Below, one piece after another: positions 10,722 through 22,375 of a DNA stretch of 35,231 nucleotides (the first letter of the stretch is position 1; the number at the start of each line of letters is the position of its first letter). Both the position numbers and the translations under genes were made by a program. The notes beneath the pieces are model-generated. The model searched no databases. It saw only the letters and a program-made list of their open reading frames with translations, and was not told the DNA's origin. The stretch is from Macrostomum lignano (Eukaryota). The stretch spans positions 1 through 35,231 of the forward strand of contig NIVC01003868.1 in the NCBI GenBank assembly GCA_002269645.1, in the 5' to 3' direction.

Positions 10722-11399
10722 CTATAACAAACTGCCACCCAGCCTGAAGTTTGTCACAATTTTTGCCATCTCTGTCAGGTTGGCAAAATACTCCGGTGTG
10801 TGAGTGATACCCCAGCTCGTCCCGCTCTTTCGCATGTCGTGAATGGCGTACACAGGCGGTGAGGAGTCCGTAACCGCGTTGAATTTAGTCATGTCTGAGC
10901 ACAGCTGCGTCAGGTTCTTCACCTTCCGAAGAAAGTACATTCTGGGGTCAATCCACCGAGCCAATTTGCTGCAACTTTTGCCTAGCTTCAAAATTCGATA
11001 GTCCTTAAAATGTTTCGACACACCGTCCAGAGAGTTGTTCTCGTACGGGTAGAAGCTGAACGAAGGCGGAACGTACACCCCTGCGAGTGGGTTGTTTGTC
11101 AGCGGGTAACGGATCTGGTACTGCTCCAAAGTGATCGTCAGACCTTCAGGTCCGGCAAAGGCGAGTATGTCTTCGCTAATCTTTCTTTTTGACAGCTGCT
11201 TGAGCACAAATCTGAAGAAAATGTGTCCAGGCGCAGACATGAGGAAGGCCGGACTGGCCGCAGGTCTTATCGGCCAGTGAGGCCCGAACAGTTGCAGCGA
11301 GTGCGTCTCTGGCTCGCGAGTGACCACCGCGTAGAAGCGACGAAACTCGTCCAGACTTCGCACCAGCTTGTAGTCCAGGTCCGCGTACACGCCGCCGAA
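10722..11399 (-). CDS. Glycosyltransferase with DXD sugar-binding motif (GT32 / Gly_transf_sug; OCH1/SUR1-like), copy 2, exon 2
   Basis: Acceptor ACAG|TTC; FGGVYADLD motif; open to the stop at 10722. Joined CDS 11794-12264 + 10722-11399 = 1149 nt, 382 aa. Confidence 0.9.
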   Translation of the reverse strand, partial: FGGVYADLDYKLVRSLDEFRRFYAVVTREPETHSLQLFGPHWPIRPAASPAFLMSAPGHIFFRFVLKQLSKRKISEDILAFAGPEGLTITLEQYQIRYPLTNNPLAGVYVPPSFSFYPYENNSLDGVSKHFKDYRILKLGKSCSKLARWIDPRMYFLRKVKNLTQLCSDMTKFNAVTDSSPPVYAIHDMRKSGTSWGITHTPEYFANLTEMAKIVTNFRLGGSLL

Positions 11400-11793
11400 C
11401 TGTCACGATTTGAATTAGGATTTTTTCAGGGCCATTGCACGAATGCAAATATCACAGCAAGGTAGTTCGACATATGTAATTTGTTATGTTAGGTGTAGCA
11501 ACGCACGAAAACCAGGCGCATGTAGGTCTGTCCCACATACATTTACAGTGTATAAGTAGTGATACATGGGTAAATATTTATTGCCGTTCATCAGCCATGA
11601 CGAGGAAGCAAAAAGGCATTATGACTGACTTAATTCCTGTGTGTAAGGTGTGAACATGACGTGAATAGTTTTAGACGATCTACCTCTGATTGAAGTTTAG
11701 CAAATTTAATTAAACTGTATGTACTCGAGGATCTGCATCTTCGAAGGAGAAAACAGATTTTTAAAATTATTTTTGCAGCGATTTTCGACATAC

Positions 11794-12264
11794 CTTGAGC
11801 AGTAGCATGTAGCGAATCATATCGATCCGCATGATTTTCAGCTCCAGCGACCTGAACTTGTCCAGTAGTTCAGGGAAGTTCGCGGCCACGAATGGCTCCA
11901 GGTCCTGGTCGCGCCACAGCACGTAGGTCCAGTCGGGATGAATTCTCTGCCAAGATTTTACTTGCTGAGCGAAGTAGTCGGATATGAACTCATTGCGCCA
12001 GAGAATGTGCCGAATTTTCGGTATCGGGAGAGTGCCGCTTGCGCTCATGTGATTTTCATAATGTCGCCTGCAGCTCTCGTTTGCACAGACAGTCGGTAAG
12101 AAAGTGTGCAGCGCGGACGGAAACATGTCAGTAGTTTGTTCGAGAATCACACCGTCGATGCTTAAATCTTCAAACAGTGACGCCATTAGAGAAAGGCCTG
12201 CGTAGCCAAGCATCAGGAGGACAGTCCCGGATACTATTGTTCTCCGCTTGCTGCGGACTAGCAT
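11794..12264 (-). CDS. Glycosyltransferase copy 2, exon 1 (type II membrane anchor, stem, start of catalytic domain)
   Basis: ATG at 12264: MLVRSKRR then hydrophobic TIVSGTVLLMLGYAGLSLMASLF; IPKIRHILW, WQRIHPDWTYVLW, RIDMIRYMLL; phase-0 donor AAG|GTATGT. Confidence 0.9.
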
Positions 12265-13149
12265 TTCGGATGTGTTCGCGCTTGCGTAATGATGATGACA
12301 GACTTTAAACAAATTTCGTCCACAAATTAGGTAAATGTGTCCATGCTCTTGACTAATAATTCTAGCTGAGCCAAACCAACAGCTACAGCAGCCTAGTGTG
12401 TGCACACGGAAGTGTTGAGACTCATGAAATGCTTCCCTGAGTACATTTATACACACAAGTGTCTACATTCTGACTTCAGGTGCACAGCCTTCCCCTGTGT
12501 CAAAGAGAATTTAAAACTTCCCACCCCAAACTCATACCCCATCTTAGTTTCTCTCCCCTGACTGTACAATCCTGCCATTCTGCCTATGATTTTCATCCTG
12601 GCCTGTCTTCACCTGGTATCACCTGCGATGGAAATAGGGGAACAAAAACGTGTAGCCAGTTCCCACCGATAACTCAAATTCTTTTGGGTGCATGGCTTGA
12701 ATGAACGTATAACCTAATCCCAATATCTTCCCATTGGCTGTGCAACGAAAAGCAGACAGTCTTCTCAAGTCATTTAGAAGGTAGTTTCTGAAAGCCGAAG
12801 AATTCAATGAACTGTAGAGATTGCAGTTTTATTGGAATCTCTAATAAAGCGTGTTTTTATTTACGTTGCGCAGCTCAACGCGAGAGGGCGCCGCTGCCGT
12901 TCAAAATTTTACATTTTCGCAACAATATACTTACAATATACAATATAAAATGCGGGTCTTCATCGCTTAGGGGCCTGCAAGGCTGTGCTCGATCGCCCAC
13001 TCGCTCCTCTCCGCCTCTTCGCTCCGGACATTATTGAACATAAATCTTCATAATCAATATTCTACAGTTGCTGTCTGTAGTTTTCACAAAGTTAATGAAC
13101 CGTACTAGTCTACCGCATATAATATCACTGAGATCGAATCCATCTCTTA

Positions 13150-13853
<704 letters not shown>

Positions 13854-14432
13854 GGAGAGGTGGAGGCAAAGGGATAGGGAGAGGTGGAGGCAAAGGGAGA
13901 GGGAGAGGTGGAGACAAAGGGAGAGGGAGGTGGAGACAAAGGGAGAGGGAGTGGTGGAGGCAAAGGGAGAGGGAGAGGTGGAGAGGTGGAGGCAAAGAAG
14001 AGGGAGAGGTGGAGAGGTTGAGGCAAAGGAGAGGGAGAGGTGGAGAGGTGAAGGCAAAGGAGAGGGAGAGGTGGAGGGAAAGGGAGAGGGAGAGGTGGAG
14101 GCAAAGGAGAGGGAGAGGTGGAGGGAAAGGGAGAGGGAGAGGTGGAGGCAAAGGAGAGGGAGAGGTGGAGGGAAAGGGAGAGGGAGAGGTGGAGACAAAG
14201 GGAGAGGGAGGTGGAGACAAAGGGAGAGGGAGAGGTGGAGGCAAAGGGAGAGGGAGAGGTGGAGACAAAAGGAGAGGGAGTGGTGGAGGCAAAGGGAGAG
14301 GGAGAGGTGGAGAGGTGGAGGCAAAGGGAGAGGGAGAGGTGGAGAGGTGGAGGCAAAGGGAGAGGGAGAGTTGGAGAGGTGGAGGGAAAGGAGAGGGAGA
14401 GGAGGGGTGTAAGGGGGAAGAGGGAAAGAGAA
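13854..14432 (+). repeat. Purine-rich degenerate ~25-bp repeat (GGAGAGGTGGAGGCAAAGGGAGAG)
   Basis: Direct reading; abuts the ATAG array. Confidence 0.95.
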
Positions 14433-14987
14433 ATGGATGATTTACTAATCCGTGTGCTGAATCAGAACAAAAGTGCTTCCAAAAACTCAAACTATTTCTT
14501 TTTGGAAATTATTCTAAGCTAGAAAAAAGTTAGCCGTATGTCTAAACCGGTTTTGCACATTAATAAATCTCCAATACACCTAAATTTACACCCAAGCTTA
14601 AGATTTATAAGTTACATGTACTTTCTTCGCCACGCAAATAAAAGTAAAATTTGAGACTTCAACACAAATTAAAAACTATGATTAGACATTAAACTTGTCC
14701 CCTGTTTAACCGAATGGCTGTGTTGATGGACCGTTCGCTGACAGGTCATTGAAACTTTAAGGTAAAAATTGCAGGGCAGAGCGCCTTGACCTTACACCGT
14801 CTCTCTCCAAAATATTTTTGACTGACCTGAGTCACGTCTACCTCTCCCTACCTTTCACTACCCAGCTCTGTCCCTCCCCTCTTACCTCGGCGGAATTTTT
14901 CAAATGCACAAAAGCGCTATTGTAACACGCATGGCATTGTGCGCTAAAGCAAATATTTTTGGTATTTTTCCACCTTCGCAGATTCTG

Positions 14988-14997
14988 TATATAAAAA
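14988..14997 (+). promoter_or_regulatory. Candidate TATA box of the short ankyrin gene
   Basis: TATATAAAAA ~77 bp upstream of the ATG at 15074; AT-rich context makes this weak. Confidence 0.25.
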
Positions 14998-15073
14998 TGG
15001 AAAACTCAATAAGTAAGGTGGAAAATCTGTCTAGGTAAAGCGTAGTGTTTGAAATCACACGAGGACCTCACCG

Positions 15074-15823
15074 ATGGAGCCGAGGCTTCGAGTGGCGCTG
15101 GAAGCTGCAGAGGATGCTCTGCTGCAGTCGCTCTGCCAGCAGCTCGACTCTAATTTTGAGCTGACGGTCGGCGGCTACAAGGATTGGGACAAAGGAGAGC
15201 GAGTCCAGTCTGTGACGCATCACGTGGCCTGCAAGTCGCACAATCTGCGGTGTCTGAAGCTGCTGATTGACAGATTCGGATCGGACTGTTTGAAGTTCCG
15301 AAACAACTGGGATGAAACTGCGGTGCACCTGGCGGCGGAGCATCAGGATGACTCGTGGATGGAGCTGATTCGGGACACTCTAGGCATGAGCTGCTTTCAG
15401 GATACAGCCAGGTCTGGAAGAACAGTAGCCCATTATGCCGCTATGAACGAGATGAGCAATCTATCGTTGAAGTGGCTCGTCAAAAAGTTGGGATCTGGGT
15501 GTCTCGCAGTGCCCGACGAATACGGCGACACAGCAGTTCATCTAGCTGCCCAGTATCAGAGCACAGATTCCATGGAACTGATGAAGCGAGAGCTTGGGTC
15601 CGCCTGCTTCAATCAAAAAGGTTGGTTGAGCAGGACCGCAGTCCATTGCGCAGTTCTCAATCCTGACAGTGGCGCATCGCTCGAATGGCTGGTACAGGAA
15701 TGCGGCACCGCCAGTCTCACGGTTCCTGACGAAACTGGCAACGATGCGTTTCGACTGGCCGCCGATTGCCGATCGGCTGAGGCGCTTCAGTTTCTGACTA
15801 CTCAACTTGGTTTATCTCTTTGA
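15074..15823 (+). CDS. Short single-exon ankyrin-repeat protein (249 aa, ~6 repeats)
   Basis: ATG-to-TGA ORF with repeated TAVHLAA/TVAHYAA/TAVHCAV motifs; paralogous to both ankyrin blocks downstream. Confidence 0.85.
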   Translation: MEPRLRVALEAAEDALLQSLCQQLDSNFELTVGGYKDWDKGERVQSVTHHVACKSHNLRCLKLLIDRFGSDCLKFRNNWDETAVHLAAEHQDDSWMELIRDTLGMSCFQDTARSGRTVAHYAAMNEMSNLSLKWLVKKLGSGCLAVPDEYGDTAVHLAAQYQSTDSMELMKRELGSACFNQKGWLSRTAVHCAVLNPDSGASLEWLVQECGTASLTVPDETGNDAFRLAADCRSAEALQFLTTQLGLSL

Positions 15824-17198
15824 AGGCAGACTAAAACTCTTGAAGACTACATGTACCATCGATTCCCATTCTTTCTTGGATTTCTGTTCAGTTTTAAATT
15901 GCTTATTTAGACTTTTCTTGTCAAATCTGTTTATAACTCGTAATGAAGCTGTTTTCACCAAGTTTTGTATTAAATTACTCTCGTACTAACGTGTATAAAT
16001 TTAATGTTGTAAGATTTTTATTCAGTTATAGCACTTGTCAATGACTTTGACTTTTTTCTAATTGATGTGAAAAATAAACTGATTTACCTTCTATAAACTT
16101 TCGATAACTACAATATTAAAGTAAAAGGCCAAACAAATACGCTTTTCTTTAGTCTATGGCCTGGTCCAGATCAGGAATCCATAACTTTTACTCATTTTAC
16201 CTGCCACTTGCTTGCGTGACAAAAAGTGTATGGCAGTGTGAGACGGTCCCGCGTGTCAGTTATCGATATATTTATTGGCGTCGATGTACATAAAGATTGA
16301 GATGTACATTCCTTCATTAGTAGCGACAATTATTTAGCAACATTTGATTGCCTCTAAGGCACGGATTAAAACATTACACCTGTATCAAAAAGAGTATTTT
16401 ATTGTAAACACTGGATTTAGAACACGCATACTTTATATGGCTAAGCTAGACAATTTGGCTTTTACACCGCTTACCTTTGCTTACTTGCAACTCATTGTTA
16501 GTAAAATTCCATGAAAGCAGCAGCAATGATTCATCGGAATAAATTATACCCCAACTACCTAACTAGCTCGTTTATAGCTCTGAGTTAGAAGCTGACAGCA
16601 GGTAACATTTCAACCGCCTAAGCTGCCTTATTCTTCTAACCTCTGTATTATAAAAGTAAGCTAAAAATAATCAACTCTTAGAAAAGGATGGCTTGGATAG
16701 AACAGCCTTAAAAACTCAGTGATTCACTTTTCATAAAAATAACTGGCTGTCTACGTTCTTGTCTGCATAAGAGAAAACAAAATATAATGTAAAAAAACTC
16801 AAAGCTATATTTTGACAGCTGATGCAGTCTGTCATCCATTGCGGTGCAGAGACAGCGCGGCTATCTTTCAAATACAATGGAGGAGCTAGTGTCGAAAATG
16901 AGCCCGCTAAAGAACACTTTAAGAATCTAGAAAGCTACGAGCATTCCGGCTCAGGCAAGGACGACTAAAAAGAAATGAGCATCTGACCGTTTTAGATTAG
17001 CTTAAGTGTCTAAGCTTATATTTCTTAACACTGGAGATACTCTGTCATTCTTTTTGTCTTGACAACTAACGAACGCCCTAACGTGCGACCAAGCGGCCAG
17101 TGCTCGTGTCGTTTCTGCCTATTTAAGCCAGCAGACAAAAGACACTGCAATAAGTAAAAAAGTGCGTTTTCGAAGACATAAAGCAGCAAAGCAGCCTA

Positions 17199-18775
17199 AT
17201 GGAGTCAACTCTGAGAAAGGCTCTTGAAGCAAGAGACGATGGACAGTTGCAACAACTCATTCCTCTGCTTCGAACCAACTGCCAGATGACAGTTGGCGGC
17301 TACAGCTACTTCGTCAATCGGGAATGAACTCAGCCGATTGCGCATCACGTGGTCTGCAAGGTGCGCAATCTGCAGTGCCTGAAGCTCCTGATTGAGAAAT
17401 TCGGACCCGACTGTCTGACTTGCAGAAACGACTGGGCCGAAACCGTTGTGCACCTGGCTGCTAAGCACCAGGACGCCTCTTGGATTCAGCTGGTTCGAGA
17501 CGCTCTTAGCGAGGACTGCTTCAAGGAGAAGACTAAGTCGGGTAAAACAGTGACTCACTATGCAGCCATGAATGAGGTGAACAACTCGTCGCTTTTGTGG
17601 CTCGTAAAACAGCTGGGACGCCATTGTCTCACAATTCCTGACAATGATGGAGACACAGCCGTCCACACGGTCGCAGAGTATCAAGGCGTCGGTTCGATGG
17701 AACTGATAAAGAGAGAGCTCGGAACCGACTGCTTTAAGGACCTGGCAGGTTATCGGAATAGAACAGTTTTTCACAGTGCTGCTACAAACATTGGAACCAA
17801 TGCGGTGCTAAAATGGCTAGTCAAAAAGTTCGGATCCGAATGTCTTAAAATTCCTGACGAAGACGGAAACACGGCTGTTCTTCTCGCCTCTGCGTCTCAA
17901 GGTGTCGAATCGATGAGAATGATAAAAAGTGAGTTAGGATCTGAATGCTTCCTTCAAAAAGGAGGTAATCGAAACAGGACGGCCGTTCACTGCGCTGCTA
18001 CTAACAATGTGAACAGCGAAACACTGAAATGGCTTGTCAAGGAGTGTGGACCCGAAAGCCTAACGGTTCAAGACAGATTTGGAGACACACCGGTTCATCT
18101 GGTTGCACAATACCAAGACACTGATTTGATGGAGCTGATTAAGAAAGAGCTCGGTTCAAGATGTTTTCATTTGAAAAACCGTGACAAGCAGAGTGCAATT
18201 CACTTTGCAGCTATGAATCCAACAAGTAGCTTATCGCTAGCTTGGATTGTAAAAGAATGCGGAAGTGACTGTCTCACAGTTGCCGATGAAAGAGGACACA
18301 CGGCTATCCATCTAGCTGCAGAGCATCAAGGTGTGGATTCCATGAATCTGATACAGAGAGTGCTCGGTTCTGGCTGCTTTCCTGATATTAAAGGCTTTCG
18401 GAGCAGAACAGCATTCCACTACGCTGCCTTAAATTCAAGTTGCGCAACACTCGAGTGGCTCGTCGATGAGTTAGGACAAGACTGTTTGATAGTGCCCGAC
18501 AGTGACGGAAACACAGCCGTCCATCTTGCTGCCCAGTATCAGTCCGATAAGTCGCTCCAGTTTCTATCTGACCAACTTGGGCCACTGATTTTCTCCTTGA
18601 AAAACAATAAAGGAGAGACATTGGCTGACTTTGTGGAGAAGGCTGCCGATGCAGACCGCAGAGCCAGGAACCGGGCTTGGATTGCCAGCCAGCTGTCAAT
18701 GAAGCCTGATTCAGCTCCTAGTCAGGTGTGCCATAAACCAATTACAGCAACTGCAACTAATGACTATTCGAGTCG
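17199..18775 (+). CDS. Ankyrin-pseudokinase-kinase gene, exon 1 (ankyrin block A, ~12 repeats; in-frame TGA at 17325-17327)
   Basis: ATG 17199 (MESTLRKALE, homologous to MEPRLRVALE at 15074) is in frame with ORF 17349-18779; phase-2 donor CG|GTGAGT at 18776. Confidence 0.8.
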
Positions 18776-18943
18776 GTGAGTTAATCAATATCCCATATTT
18801 TGTTGGCAGAGAAAATTTTTATACCTGGAACGCGTGTTGTTAGCTGTGAAGACTTCAATTATGAAGCCGATAAAATTCATTTTTTAGCTTTAAACATTGG
18901 ACCAGCGAATCTTAAATCTACCGACATTACATTTCGATTGCAG

Positions 18944-20525
18944 AAGCCTTTATGAGTCCCGGCTGCGAGCAGCGCTGGAAAAAGGAGATGAGGAACTGCT
19001 GCAGCGGCTTTTCCAGCAGCTCGACTCCAACTTTGATCTGAGCGTCGGTGGCTACAAAGACTTTTCCAAAGAAGAAAAAACTCAATCCGTGGCCCATCAC
19101 GTAGTCTGCAAGTCGCGCAGTCCGCTGTGTTTGAAGGCCTTGATTAACAGGCTCGGAGCAGAATGTCTGACTTGCACGAACGATTGTGGGGAGACACCTG
19201 TGCACCTGGCTGCAAAGTACCGCACCGACTCGTGGATGGTGCTACTTCAAGACTCACTGAAAAATGATCTCCTCTTCAACAAGAAGACCCGATCTGGCAA
19301 AACGGTAACTCATTATGCTTCCATGAACAAGGTGAGCAATGCCGCATTGAAATGGATTGTGAAAAAATTTGGACGCGACTGGCTCACGATTCCTGACGAG
19401 GATGGCAATACCGCAGTCCACCTTGCTATTCAGTGTCAAGGTGTCGATTCAATGGAACTGATAAAAAAAGAACTTGGTACTGACTGCTTCAAACAAAGAG
19501 TTGGTCACCATAAAAGAGCGCCTTTTCATCTTGCTGCGATGAATTCCGATAGCACAGCACCACTTGAGTGGCTCATCAGAGAGTTAGGCTGCGACTGTCT
19601 CACAGTTCCCGACGAAGACGGAAACACGGCCGTACATCTTGCCGCTCAATATCAGGGCGTCGATTCGTTGCAACTGATAAAGATAGTGCTCGGGCGTGAA
19701 TGCTTGTATCGAATGAAAGGCTTTCGAGACAGAACGGCCGTTCATTGCGCTGCTACAAATCTCGTAAATGACATAAATCTTGAATGGCTTGTTCAAGAGT
19801 GCGGATCCCAGTGTCTTACAGTTCGCGACAAACACGGAGACACAGCCGTCCATCTGGCTGCCCAGCACCAGTCAGCCGAGTTGCTGCAGTATCTGGCCGA
19901 CCAACTTGGACATCAGATGTTTGCTCTGAAGAACAGTAAAGGAGAGAACATTTCTGACTACGTAAGAATGGACAAGCATAGTGATAGGAAATTCAGAAAG
20001 CTGTCTTGGTTGGCCGGTGAGAAGTCACCAAAACAGCCTAATCAGCCAGGGCCGCGTCCGAATGTTCGAAAGTTCGAAGATGGTCGAACGTCGGTGGCAC
20101 AAATAAAATATTCCCAAAAATCTTGCAGTGTTCGCGCTGCTAACAGTATGAACAAAAGTAACAATTGCAGTACCGCATCAACAGTTCAAAAGCCCAGAAC
20201 AGTACCTCAGCCATTGAAAAAGCCGATCATTCGCTCTGGCGAATTCGGCAAGGTGTACACGACTCTTGCTGACCAAATCCAGACTGCAGCCACCAAGATT
20301 CTCGCCAAAAAGTCGTTAGAACTGAAAATATTAGAAATAGAAATACGAGCAGTCAAAGATATTATTTATCCCACCAGCATCCGGCAGTTTCTCAAGTGTG
20401 AGTTCCTGAAGACTGGCGGTTTCTACAGCCTCGATGTGCTTGTCTCCGGACACAGCCTATTTGAGTTGATAGAGAGACAGCTAAACCTGATTCCACAGGT
20501 GGATGTAGCAGAGTTTGCGCGTCAG
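18944..20525 (+). CDS. Ankyrin-pseudokinase-kinase gene, exon 2 (ankyrin block B, ~8 repeats, linker, pseudokinase N-lobe)
   Basis: Acceptor TTGCAG|A completes codon CG|A in phase; SGEFGKVY and AATK kinase N-lobe motifs; phase-0 donor CAG|GTTAGT. Confidence 0.85.
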
Positions 20526-20759
20526 GTTAGTTTAATTACAAAAGCTCCGTGTCTTGGAGCTAATTTGACTCTATTCTGTTTGACTTTGACGATATTAACG
20601 TATTGCTCTTTTTAAGTGACAGATATTAAATTGCAATGATGTGAGCTAAAAACTGGTTCAAATATTTAATAAATGAATCTGCTTTTAAAAGTTCTTAAAC
20701 AGTGATTCTATTTGCGATTAGACAGGCACAATGAACCCTAGCTCAACACCAAATTCTAG

Positions 20760-21172
20760 GTCTGCTCGGGCCTCAGATGTCTAGATCGCCAACGACATTT
20801 CACTGCGCACAGCAGTGCATTGTGCTCAAACATCGTGATCACTACTGACGGTCTTATCAAGGTTATCGACTTTCCTCAGGCCGTGGCCAGCTGCGGACTC
20901 AGCACGAACCCGAGCGGGACCAACCACTCCACGGCACCCGAGCTACTCGGATGTGCGGTGTTTGAGTTAAAAGAAACGCAGCAACCAAGCGGGGATGCTG
21001 CGATGTTCCAGATCCCGATGCTCACCCTGACCGACTCTGCGATGCCGAAGCCTTCTATGCGACTGGTAACTGCTCTGTCGAAATTTTATCGACGCTGCAA
21101 GGAATTTGACGCAAAGAGGGTGAAAAATTCCTCGGAGATGCTGCAGCACAGCTCAGGAAGCACACCCTCAAG
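20760..21172 (+). CDS. Ankyrin-pseudokinase-kinase gene, exon 3 (pseudokinase C-lobe)
   Basis: Acceptor TTCTAG|GTC; VCSGLRCLD...HSSALCSNIVITTDGLIKVIDFP...APELLG; phase-2 donor AG|GTGAGT. Confidence 0.8.
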
Positions 21173-21853
21173 GTGAGTGAGGGTTCATTTTTTGTATAAT
21201 GCAGATAGTCGAACTTTTGTGAAAGTCCGAGTGTGGTATTGAGCTTGAAATCGCTCTCAGATATCAGGATTCAAGCTCGTTGAACATTTCACGTCCATGA
21301 GCATCACCAACAAAAAAGACACATAGCCTGTACCAAGGACCACTAGAAGTTATCTTCGTATCGTCGTTATATGAGCGTACCGCTGATGCAACGGTAACTT
21401 CTAGTGGTCTTTGGTCTGTACATTCCTGGTGATAAAGAGATCTGTGTCGTCGTTGTAAAATCAAGTGTGAGTACTCGTATCTGAGTGCCATGGGTCAATG
21501 CAATATACTGTACCTACGAGTATGACTACCACCTAAGTACGAGTTTACTGCTATTTTGTCTGCTAAAACGGACGTCAGTACGGGTAGAAAGAGGCATTCA
21601 AGTGCTTTTTAGATTCAGGAATCGGTCAGTTTTTTTCATGAGAAAAAATTCTAACTAAAGCATGGATAAAAGGCTATTCAGCGATAGCATACTGAGAGAT
21701 TTCAGCCACTTGAGTCAGAATTAGTTTAACATAAGAATGCAACAGCGTATTTTGATTTTCCCACGCGGAAAGTCAAAGCTAGGTAAAAATAAGGTAAAAA
21801 AGGAGCACAATGCTGAAAAAAACTTTCATCTATAATAATTTGTACCTATGCAG

Positions 21854-22217
21854 CACGGAGGAGCCACTTTACCAGGAAAGCTGGACCTCGGTTAGACTCA
21901 TCGGCAGGGGAGGTTTTGGCGAAATCCACGAAGTCATCACCGACAAGGGCATCCGATGCGCTACAAAGACTCTCAAGCTGCCCATCCAGCTTGGCGATGA
22001 GCTTGAAACTCTTGAAAGAGAGGTCAACGGAGCTGTCGAGAGTGAGAAGAACCTGCGCCGTCTGCAGCACGACAACATTGTCAAGTTCTTGGACGTTGCT
22101 CAGCCCGAGCCAGCGACACTCGTCGTGTTTATGGAGTTGCTGGACGGTCGCACCTTAGAGAATTACATTAACAACAAACCACTCGATGAAAAAACGGTTC
22201 GTCATTTCAGTAAACAG
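21854..22217 (+). CDS. Ankyrin-pseudokinase-kinase gene, exon 4 (intact kinase N-lobe)
   Basis: Acceptor ATGCAG|C completes AG|C in phase; IGRGGFGEIH, CATK, alphaC Glu, HDNIVKF; phase-0 donor CAG|GTAAAA. Confidence 0.88.
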
Positions 22218-22375
22218 GTAAAAAGTTTTCCCATGTAACTGCTCTGGTCAGATCTGTTTTGTATTGTGCAATACGAGTGTACGCTTTGATTGCCTTTTCA
22301 AATCTCTTCCTTACGACATTTGACTCTACTAGACTAGATCCAATGCCAAATGCTGCTCAATAAAAACGATTATAG

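Larger units (their letters stand above)
8590..12270. repeat. Segmental tandem duplication, copy 2 (pairs with 1-3640)
   Basis: Colinear near-identity with copy 1; similarity decays around the GT start codon. Confidence 0.95.

Noticed and set aside
17292-17333. 42-nt GT-AG mini-intron that would remove the in-frame TGA
   Set aside because: In frame, but the donor is weak (GTTGGC), there is no pyrimidine tract, and it would delete the VGGY motif conserved in all paralogs.
18897-18960. Independent start for the second ankyrin block (TTG at 18897, or ATG at 18952 with a lost G)
   Set aside because: A phase-matched GTGAGT...TTGCAG intron links it to the upstream exon more parsimoniously, though an ancestral ATG GAG start is plausible.
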